Positions 52,561 through 64,000 of a DNA stretch of 64,000 nucleotides are shown here, piece by piece; position 1 is the stretch's first letter; each line of letters starts with the position of its first letter. The translations under genes and the position numbers were made by a program. Source of the DNA: Paramecium tetraurelia (taxonomy: Eukaryota); the NCBI GenBank assembly GCA_000165425.1, contig CT868653.1, forward strand, positions 124,001 through 188,000, given 5' to 3'. A model generated the notes under the pieces. That model made no database searches and was not told the DNA's origin. It saw nothing but the letters and a program-made list of their open reading frames with translations.

Positions 52561-54047
52561 ATGACAAAAAGTAATTTTAAAGGAGATCTTTCATAATCAG
52601 ACATGATAGTGTTGACAGAGTCTGAATTGAAGAGAATTAAGGTATTTTGAAATAATTCAAAATAGAATCTATCAGTTGTGACAACAAAAGAGGAGTAAAT
52701 ACAACACAAAAAGTTGATGGAAGAATAGAAAGAGAAATAGTTAGCAGCGGCCTAAGCAAAAAAGCAGAGAATGTTATAGATTGAAGAGGAGAAGAAGAAA
52801 TCTATTCCATTGAGTTAACAAGAACAGGAAGATAAATTTGCCAAGGATTCCTTGATATCAAGAGTTTTATAATATATTTATGTCATTAGGCATAGGAAAT
52901 AATAAATGAACAAATTGATGATGTCAAAGAGATGAATAAAATGGTCATGTATGCTAAATGCGTTACAATCAGAGATAAATAATTGTAAGAAAAAAAAGAG
53001 TTATATGATCAGTACAAAATGCAAGAAAAACGCAAGGACTTGATGATGGAAATAGAGAGACTTAGAGCAATCAAATATCATGAGGAAAAGGATTAGAAGT
53101 AAAAACAATAATTAATACATGGACATGAAATCATCATTGAATAAATTAAAGAAAGAGAATTGATAAGATTGAAAGAAAAGGAAGAACAAGAAAGAGAAGG
53201 ACAGATTATGCTTAAATAAATCAAACAATTATAATAGGAAGAAGCACACAAAGCTTAACTTAGAAAGACTCATCAAGCCAAGGTTCAAGATGAGATTCTA
53301 GAGGCCAATCATAAAGCTATTTTGATTAAGGAAAAAAGAATACAAGAAGAGAGGGATGAAGAGGATAAAATATTATAATATAATCTACAAAAGGCTTAAA
53401 AGGAAGCTGAGTTCTTAGAAGAGTAGAAGAGAATTAAAGAAGAGAAGGAAAGAGAAGTGCAGAGATTGAGAGAAATGCAAGAGAAGGCTCAAGATAGAGC
53501 AGCTGAATTAGACCTCTTAAGAGCCAAAAGGGCTATGGAATAAAATGAAAGGTAGGCAAGAGAGAAAGAAAGAAAAGAGTAAGAGTAAAAGATGAAATTG
53601 AATTATGAAGTCATGGAAGCCAGAAAACTATAATAAAGAGAGAAGCTTGAGAGATATTAAGAATAAGTAGATAATTTATAATATTTGAATAGGCTAAATT
53701 AGAAAGAGATGAATTCCAAAAGGTTATTTAGAAATAAAAATAAGAAAGAGAAAATGAGATTAAAATCTTTTAAGATAAGGAAGCATTAAGAAAGAAACAT
53801 GCTGAAGAACTTAGAAAATAGATCATTTAGAACGAAGAGAGAAAGAAGTAGGAGGAAAGAGATAAGTATACTTATAATATATTTCTAAAGACTTGAAGAA
53901 GGAAAGAAAATCAAGGATAGGTTGAATTAAGAAAAAAGACTATTAGAGAGCATTAAAGATACTAAACTCAAGGATCTTAACGAAAAATCCATCCCAGATA
54001 AGTATAAAGCCGAATTAGCTAAAAAGAAAATCGTTATAAATATCTGA
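52561..54047 (+). CDS. CFAP45: Cilia- and flagella-associated protein 45 (CCDC19, TPH domain)
   Basis: DDVKEMNKMVMYAKCVTIRDKQL, DLMMEIERL, RLREMQEKAQDRAAELDLLRAKRAME, IPDKYKAEL. Confidence 0.88.
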
Positions 54048-54511
54048 TCCTTTATATTTGCTAATTTATATATAGATTTATTAAATTAAAATAAGGATCA
54101 ATAAATACATTTGGATATCATTTAATCATATTGATATCTAATGGTTATTAATTCAAAATGAGTTACGAAGCTATTAAGTAATAAAGATTATACCTAGAAT
54201 TTTATTGACAACCAAATAATTATTGGGTTTAAGATTTCATATATTTATCAATACGATATTATTACATTGATAGATTATTAAACAACTCTAAAATACTACT
54301 AAAATTAATGTGGAACAATACTTAGGATTCTTTGAGGTATAAAATAAGTAAACTATTTTAAAATTCTTATGAGAAATGAATTCTATTGCCATTAATGGAT
54401 ATTAAATGGAAATCAATTATTCATTTGTTTAATTAAACAGATTTGTTCAAGACTTTAGAATATGTGATTTAAATAAAATTTATTCGAATGTTATCAAAAA
54501 TAAGTAGTATT

Positions 54512-55174
54512 TCAACAAAAGAAATCTTTTGGAAATTATCTGATGCTTAATCTGGGCGCTCTAGCTTTTGTTGGCATAATTTGTCTAGCTGTTCGAGTTT
54601 ATTCAAAGTGATGCTTTAATTCAACTGTAGAAAGCAATAACAAATCTAAGAGGTTCTAGTTTTCAAATTTTTAATTTTTATTTTATCTTTAAACCGTTCC
54701 TCTTACAGAATGCAAATGATCTTCTCTATCGCATTCTTCAGTTTTAACTCTTCTAACTGCTGCATTTTTTTGTAATTTTAACATAATTTCCTATGATTCC
54801 TGTAGAACATTTTTTTTAGGGCTTTAGACACAATTTTCTACTGCTGCTTCTGTTTTTTATCTTCTCGAGATTACTTAAGAATCATTGCCCATTTCTTAAA
54901 GTCTTTTTTTTTGTTTGATTTATTAAGAATGAAACGAATTGTATTTAAGCTAAGGTTTTTCTCTACTGGGACTTGAGGAGGATGCTTGTCGTTGTGAGTT
55001 AATTTTCGGATTGCTTTTAATTCTGTATGATGGAGATTCTTTTTATTTTGGAATGTTTTTTTCAGGAGTTCTAACTTTCTATAAATATTAAGCCACCGAA
55101 GGTAACACGTTGCCTTTTTGCGACGGTCTTTAAAATCTGGACGTGTGTAAATAGAAAGGCTATCTATTGAACAT
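54512..55174 (-). CDS. Hypothetical basic protein (220 aa)
   Basis: 663 nt uninterrupted code-6 frame MFNRQPFYLHTSRFQRPSQK...RLSIRQFPKDFFC*. Confidence 0.65.
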
Positions 55175-56417
55175 CTTAATTAGAAATTTAATAAATATAG
55201 AAATCCAACGCTAGGCTGGAAATAATATTAATAAATCATTCATTGATCTAAATCTCTGTTTATAAAAATTCCATTTATACTCACTAGATGTTACTAGCAA
55301 TTATAGATTATCGATAAAATTACTCTTATATTTACAAATTATCCAATGTATTTCTATACTGGTATTATTATTAAACATACAAAATGTAATCGCTCTGATC
55401 TATTCTATCGGGATATTCAGAAGAAAAATAAATATATTCTAATTATAATGGTGGATTTGACATCAAACCAAAATAATATCATATATAAATAGGTTTTTTT
55501 AATAAAACTTCTAAAATTTTAAATTTATGGAAAGATTATCACATTTTATTAAGTTACATTAAATATATTCCATTTAATGGAAAATTCGGTAGTCCATTTG
55601 CATAAAAACAATAATCCATACATTTTGGTTTAGTTTCAACAATTTACAAAAGTCCTTTATTGTAATTATTTTGCGAATTTCAAGTTATTAATCTCTAATT
55701 TCATAAATTTATACTAATATTGTATCCAAAATTTATGATATCCTCTAAAAATACTCCTCTTGTACAAAAATCTTTGAGATGGAAATGCATACTCAAAATA
55801 TTTATCATTTATTAAATGCTCTAAGATTTAATCTATAGTCTAATTCTTGATATTATTTTTTTACATATTTTTAGCCAAAGTTATTCATTTTAATATTATC
55901 AACTCTTGAAAATCTAAATAAATAAATGAATTTCATCTATTTTTGATTTATAATATCAAAAAGAATATATCTTTTATTCAAGTTAATAAACTTTTATAAC
56001 CTCTATTATAAAAATTATTATCATTTTTATAAAAAGTAGACTTATCAAACTGAATAATGTAGGTTAGAAGATTAGTATATAACTTTAAGATCAAATAATT
56101 TTATTCAATATCTTTGAAGTTACTTATTCATTATCATTCAATGACAAGAAAATACGGAAGAACATATTGGATAGGAACTTTAGAATCATGATATCGATAA
56201 AGAATGAATAGATCTCATAAATAGATTCGTTTAAATTATAATTAGATTTATAAATGGAATGTTCTTAGTATTATGTAATAAATAATAGAATAAGAGTTTG
56301 CTCCTAGAATTATAATACCACTTTCTTACTTTTAATAAAATTTAAATTAAAAATTTAAACAGATTTATTTTAATTTTTAAAACAATAGAAAAGAACAAGT
56401 AAAAAAAAATTATATGA

Positions 56418-57100
56418 TCAATCCTTACTTCCTTTTCTTGTTTGAGGTATATTTTTGAACAAGGGGATTGCGATTTTTGGAGTTTCATGAATGATTTGAT
56501 AATTGGCAGAATCTTTTATTTAATCAGCGTAAATTTTTTCAGCCAAATATCTAGAAGGTATAATATATCAATTGAATTTACACATGTAAGCAGCTTGTTT
56601 TTTATTGCAATTAAGAGGGCTATTTTTTGTCGTATTAAATTAAATTCAAATAAACTTATTTTTAAACATTTCTTAAGATTTATTATTTCAACTGAATATC
56701 CCTAAATTTATTGACTATTGCTTTTACCTAAGTATTTAATGAACGTTGCAAATAAAAGTTTCGACTTTTGAATTCTCCAAATTTTTTGTTTAATTTCTCA
56801 TCGGCTTGACTAATTTCTCTGCTTAGTTTTTATTGAAGGAGACTATTTCTGATACATTTTGATCTGCACTCTACGGCATTCTGAAATTTATTTATCCAAT
56901 TTCTATATATAATGATCATGTCCTACTTCTCCGCGCTTTAGCATTTTTCATGAATTTTGCAGTTCTATTCCTCTAAGCTTTATTGTGGCAATCTGGAATA
57001 TAATTATTAAAGAAATACAATTATTAATATCTTAAATGAGATGAAAAAAGCTTTAGACAAATTCGAAATGTTCAGAATCGCTTTCAGATTCAGATCTCAT
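56418..57100 (-). CDS. Hypothetical protein
   Basis: MRSESESDSEHFEFVQSFFHLIQDINN/ (26-nt intron) ...KNIPQTRKGSKD*. Confidence 0.6.
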
Positions 57101-58096
57101 ATTATATAAATTAATTTAATTAAATAGTTCGCAATTTCATATATTATTATTCAATGATAATTTTTATATCTAACTATTTTGATTGCTATAACTTATTTGT
57201 ATATAGAGAAAATAGATACCAATTAATTTTAATCACAGAATTATTTATAATTAAAATAATTGTTTGTGAATTAATTCTTCAATAACCCTTTTGTGTAATT
57301 CTGTTGATAATAATATTATATTATTTTCTTTTATACAAAATGTAATAAATATTAAGAATCAATAATTTTTAATTTAATGAATTACACAAGGGGTACACTT
57401 ATCATTTCATTCTAATTGAAAAATTTTCAATACCTTCTAAGTTCTATAAATGAGTTCTAATTGCATTTAATTGGATTAGATTTTAGAGTATTGAGAGATT
57501 TTTCATTTTAATGGAATAAATGCATATTTTATAACTAATTCAAAGTCATTCGATTTATCAAACCAATATTCTTTCTTTCTATTGATTCTAAAAAGACAGT
57601 TCTTTTTTATAATACTGAAAAATAGATATTCATCTAGCTTTATTTATGAATTCAAATTCATATGTCCAATTATCAAAATTTTGGTTGCTAAACTAATTGG
57701 GTCATTATAAAATTTAAGCAAAAGGAAGGAAGAACTTAAAAGCCAAGTTTATGAAGATGAGAATGAGAGATATAGAATAGAGAAAGAAGTAGACCATCTC
57801 AGAAGCTGAACATACAAATAATAATATGATCACACATCATACAACTCAATTAATTTAAACTCTCTTCAACTTCAATTAAGCATCAATTTTTATAATTATT
57901 TATGCATCTCTATATCATTTAAGTATTGATGTCCTATATTTTCTATGATTTTATAAAGCAAACATTTGTGATTGACATTTTACTTAGAAGTAAGTCATTC
58001 TTAATATAGAACTAATTCTCAACTATTGAATATCAAATTTTGATTAAAATTCTATATACTTTTCTGATTGTGAAATTTCGTAATTAAATTAATAAA

Positions 58097-58857
<761 letters not shown>

Positions 58858-59250
58858 TGTATATAATAATATTATTCTATATGCAATTTTGGTAAATAAT
58901 TAATAATGTTATATATTTTACAATTCATACAAAATTTGTTAAGAAGATGTTTCACTTTAAATAAATTTTGCAATTCTACATTTATCTACATGTAATTTAA
59001 ACCTTTAATATATAGTATATTATACTCATTCTTTAGGTAAAATGTTAAATTACAAATTATGCCAATTTCTACACCTTCTTAATCATTTAACTCTTATATA
59101 ATGCAATATAAATAGATAAAATATATTAATCTAAAAATAAATACCCAATATATTATAATGTAATAAATATAGTTAGAGATTATTTAAAATCTCATCTGAT
59201 ATATGATTAATATTTATTATGAATCTTTCTGTTAAAAAATATATATCAAT

Positions 59251-60699
59251 TCACATTTTAGAAGAAGAACGACCAATAACTAAATTTTAGTATAGTATGC
59301 AAGGTTAATCATCAGAATCTGCCTCATAATTATCTTCATCTTTATATTAAAAGTTTTCACATGACTTAACTCTCAAATCACTAAACTATTTTTATGTGTT
59401 TAAGTTGATGTGACTACCTCCATAGTGATTAACTTTGGAAGTATTAAATGATTTAATAGTTCCAGCCGGACTTTGTGCATCATTTAAGACGATGCTGTTC
59501 TTCGGAACTTCTAAATATATGATATGATTTCGACTATTATTTAACCTACCATTAATAAATTTGGTTTCTTATTAAGCAATTTTGTTCATGGAATTAATGA
59601 CTTCTTATTGTTTATCATCCTGTAGATCATCAAATTAATTATCATTTTCAATCATGTCAATGGAAACACTCATTTTATCAATATTGGTTTCTAATAAGGA
59701 CTCCCAATCCATTTTGGCATCAGTAGTCAACTCATCCTATAATAATTTAGTCAAGCCCATGTAATCAGGTGTTTGATTGAATTCATAAGACTTGGCAATT
59801 TACAACATTTTCATTAAGCACTATAAATTTAAAGAAATTATACTTTAGGAATTTTGTCAGAATATTTCTCCAATTCGTTATTCTACTTCAGTACCAGTAT
59901 CTGCTTGTATTTTTCTTCTTTCGAAGCCACCTGGATATTCTACCAAGGTAATTCACCAAGATGAAAGTAGATTAGTACATATGCGATGGCTTCAATATCG
60001 TCTCTTCTACTCTACTCATTACCTTTTTCAAATAAGAAACAAACCTTATAAAGCATTAATGCTGGCATATCTGGCTGTTCCAATCAAGCCTTTGTTATTT
60101 ACAAATGGGATGTGTTTGCCTCCAGTGTCTCTGAAATACTTAGCAAGGCCAAAATCAATAGCCATAATTTAAGTAGCATCTTGTCTGCTGATAGTAAAAT
60201 TTTCTGGCTTTATATCACGATGTATGAGATTCTTCTCATGAAAGGCTTACCTAACTATATCAATCAAGATACATACAATCTTTCGATGATCTAAATACCT
60301 ATTCTCAATGTCGTATGAATTGAGAATCTATTGCCACATTTCCTTAGTAATTATTCCAAATTCAACCCCAAGTAGGTTTCCATAAAGAAATTATAGTTTT
60401 CATCCCTTCCATAAAACTTGATTTGTGGAAAACCTTTTTATAGCTTAATAGTAAATCTAACCTTTCAATCCATTAACTTCTGACAGAACCTTAATTTCTC
60501 TGATTAGTAGACTGACTCCTTTTTGGGAATCGTCTCGTTTTTCAAATTTTGCTGCTACTAAATCTCCATTTTTTAAATACTAAGACTTAAACACCATTCC
60601 GAATGAACCTGCACCTATCTTCTCTAATAATTTATATTTGCCTGCAATAACCATTCCTGCAGTTAATTTCTTCTATTTCCACCCCATTGCTTCATCCAT
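59251..60699 (-). CDS. CK1: Casein kinase 1 family kinase
   Basis: [58 protein letters not shown]...LPW; C-terminal extension. Confidence 0.93.
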
Positions 60700-60729
60700 T
60701 TATTAAAAATTATATTATTATCATATTCA

Positions 60730-62458
60730 TCAATCAAAGTCATCAATATCCTACTTTTAAATCTCTATTTTCTTGCCAGTTTGTCTTTATTTCTTCTTCT
60801 TTCTAGTATCTTTCGAAACTCTATCAATATAGGATCCTGCTTTAAAGACATCAAAAATCTTCATATGCATAATTTTATTAATGTTATTGGTATAGACGAA
60901 GAGTCTCAACAATACATACTCCTTTTGAATGTCCGTCAGATCTAAAAATAATTAATCCAAACAATAAAACAAATCCTTCGGTTTCATGAATCCATGTTAT
61001 TGTTTATTCAATAAATCGAATTAACTCCTCAAGGCAGTTTCATACTTATTTACAATTACACTCGCTTCTTCCCATAATTGCTTATCCTACTCTTGTGTCA
61101 ATAAATCATAGCAATCAAGCAGATGTCTAAAAACAGACTTCACAACTGGCAATTTAACTGTAGCTTATGGATCCAAATTAAAAATTTCATCATTTACATC
61201 TTCCACAATATATCTGGCAATTATCTTGGCTTCATTAGGATCAGCTATAGTAAAAGGTTCTTAGAGTAATTATTCTTGTAATTATTCCACATTGATAGCA
61301 TTATTTGTTGCATTTTAAATTAAGATAGCACTAGCTTCACTAACAGTAATTTATTTCAACTACAATCGTAAACTCAATTCCTTTCCCATATCTTAAACTT
61401 ATTCATATCTGACTCTAGGTGCTTTTGGAAATTTCATTTCTTGCTTATTGTAGACATCATGCAAAATCGTAAAAGTATGATCTCTATTACCCTGTATAAT
61501 AGGCAAGGATTCAGTCTCTAAAGGTTGAATTTCTGCCAAATAATACTCATTCAGTTCTTTCAATTCATCTCTCATCTACTACACTTATTGATTCAACCCT
61601 TAGAGTTCATCAATCAATGCATTTTACTTCTCAATTCATAATTAGTTCTCTCCTGCAAATTTTCTTTCAATTAATTAATTATCTACTCTTACTAACTAAT
61701 TTGCTAATCCTTCTCTATGATTTCTGCTTTCTTATCATCCATATCAATAACTTCCTTTTTCTTAATTGTTACTTTCTGATTTTATTGTGTCTCTTTTTGT
61801 TTCTCTTCAAATTTAATCATTTCCTTTTTTAAATATCGCAGATCTCTTTCCTTCTCCTTCAACTCATTTTTAGTCTAATCTAATCTAATTCCAAATATTA
61901 TTATGAAATCTTCTTCTCAAGCAAACTTTTTTGAATTGAAAGATTCTCACTTTGCTCTTCCAATAATTTCTTGGTTATTTCCAATTCTTGGATTTCCACC
62001 TTGAGATCTTCTACATCATTAGGCATCAAATTCTATTCTTGTTTTAATAATGATGAACATTAGTTCAGACATTTTATTAGCATATTTTACTCTTGAGCTC
62101 GAGTGTAATTTGGATTCTTTTATAACTATTTGATTTGGCTTTGTTTCTCTTCAATTTGTGAATTAAGTTAGTTAATTTAGATTTTCAGTTTTATTCCCAA
62201 CCAACTTTAATTTACTTGTTTTTCATCCTAAGTGATTTTGGATCTTTATTTCTCTTGCTAGATAGTGGAGATGTTAATTTACATCAATCAAACTCACCTG
62301 CTATTAGAGATTTCTTTATTCTAATTTTATTTTGGATATGTTTTGGATAGCTTTAATTATTTCTATTGCAAATTTTCCTCTGATAATTTGGAATTCAACT
62401 TGAAGGGTTTTGGCGATTGAATATGCTTTGGCAGTCCAGCTGTAGACGGTCTATTCAT
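60730..62458 (-). CDS. Hypothetical coiled-coil protein with helical C-terminal domain
   Basis: Code-6 frame MNRPSTAGLPKHIQSPKPF..., long E/K/Q coiled coil, ends QKQDIDDFD*. Confidence 0.7.
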
Positions 62459-62547
62459 TAAATATTAATTTATTTCAACTATCTACTATCATAAATATCA
62501 ATTTTATCATGTACTCAACTTAATATATAAATAATATAATTTGCTTA

Positions 62548-64000
62548 ATGTTTTAACCTAACCAAAGCCAAATCAAATATCACAACCCATTTGGCACAAC
62601 TTCTGCTATCTACTTCTCCCAACAACAGACGTCCAGAGATAAAGTACACATATAGTCTCACATAGCAAATGTAATCTAGGGATGTTTCAGAAAACAAACA
62701 AACTCCTTAATATCCAGCCTCTCAAATAGTCTATGGTCCCACAATGAAAATTGTTCCATCTGCTCAAACCAACATAGCCTTTCGCAAAATATCCAAAGAA
62801 CTTAATATCACAATCGAAGACCCCAGCAATCAGCAATAATCTTTACGTTAACCCTCTCCTACAGTGAAGAAACAACGTGAATAAATGGAGAAGGATTGGA
62901 ATAAGTTAATTGACAAATCAAAGACACTCCAAGAAAATCTCGTGTTGCTCAAAAATAGCATTAGTATGAATCTGACAAAAAAGCTACCAGATTAGCGTTT
63001 GTCTAAAGATTCTACATCAACTGCAGCTGGTCTTTCTTCCAGATTGAAGTTGTAAAAGGTTAACATTAATTGCAAACTCAATTCACCATTCAAAGTTCAA
63101 CCCAAATAAGAACTCAGCAAGAGTCTCAGCCAAAACACGTTTACAAATTTAAAATATGCAGCTAATCCAATTAAAAATCCAGTCATCAATAATACAAGCA
63201 TCATGCCACTTACCAACAATACAAGTGTCAGAAAATCCTAAGATTCATGCACTCTTTAACCAAAAATTACATCTCAATTTTCTTCTTAAAAACAAACTTC
63301 TAGTCTGTATTCATCTATTGAATATAAACTAAACCTTAAAATTAGTTCATTTTTGGGAAGAGGCAAATTCAGTGATGTCCATATGGCTATTGACTAGAGA
63401 TCTGGATTAATCTTTGCCCTCAAAATCATAAAAAAGTAAACAGTCATCGAACACGCAATGCAAGAGCAATTGGTTAGGGAAATTCTCATCCAATCGAAAT
63501 TATCGCATCCTAACATTGTTAAAATGTATGGATAGACTTATGATGAATAACATATTTATATGATGTTAGAATTTTGCAATAATGGGGAGCTCTTCTAACA
63601 TCAATACAAGCAGCCTAATAAGAGATTCAATGAGAAGGATTCTAGCACTTTCATAATGCAAATATTATCAGCCATTCAATACATGCATAAACAAGGGTAT
63701 ATGCATAGGGATTTGAAGACTGAAAACATCTTATTGTCTCTCGTATATTTTTACTTATATTTCAGAATTATGTTAAACTTTGCGATTTGGGATGTGTAAG
63801 AGAAATTCCATCAAAGGAAGACAGGAGGAATACTTTTTGTGGCACCGTCGATTACATTGCCCCTGAAGTAATTAAGGATTAAGGATATGATGAAAGATGT
63901 GATGCCTGGCAAGTGGCTATCCTCGCATATGAGTTGGTTGCTGGCAATACTCCTTTCTCAGAATATCCAAGAGATGACGAATCAATTATGGAAAATATAT
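62548..64000 (+). CDS. Aurora-like Ser/Thr kinase (3' end outside the window)
   Basis: [68 protein letters not shown]. Confidence 0.85.

Noticed and set aside
55200..56400. Long AT-rich gap as a retained IES or transposon
   Set aside because: No terminal inverted repeats or transposase-like frame seen; TA-bounded IESs cannot be called without a MAC/MIC comparison.

Overview
Very AT-rich, gene-dense eukaryotic DNA from a ciliate, almost certainly Paramecium macronuclear-type sequence. Genes read through TAA/TAG as Gln (translation table 6, TGA the only stop) and carry tiny 21-28 nt GT..AG introns, so the supplied standard-code ORF track is fragmented and partly antisense noise. Re-translating by hand gives about 35 protein-coding genes. 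They include a KIF28/KLP-6-like kinesin-3 ending in a CaaX box, Cdc20/Fizzy-related, an ANTH-like protein, a La-motif+DUF3223 protein (Mlp1-like), a ZIP transporter, a CDPK-like pseudokinase, a signal-EGF-TM-RING-H2 protein, two tandem hybrid histidine kinases, Nuf2-like, two AGC kinases (one UBL-ankyrin-PH-kinase), importin-beta family, PTB-like RRM, calcyphosin, a double tetraspanin-like protein, PTAR1-like, SRP19, NDUFS8, Pho84-like, MORN proteins, Mei2-like, CFAP45, a Rab with an altered G4 motif, CK1 and an Aurora-like kinase. Several AT-rich gaps contain decayed gene relics. No rRNA, tRNA, CRISPR, transposon or telomeric repeat was recognised. Coordinates are manual (start ATG to TGA, introns included), and family calls come from remembered motifs, not database searches.
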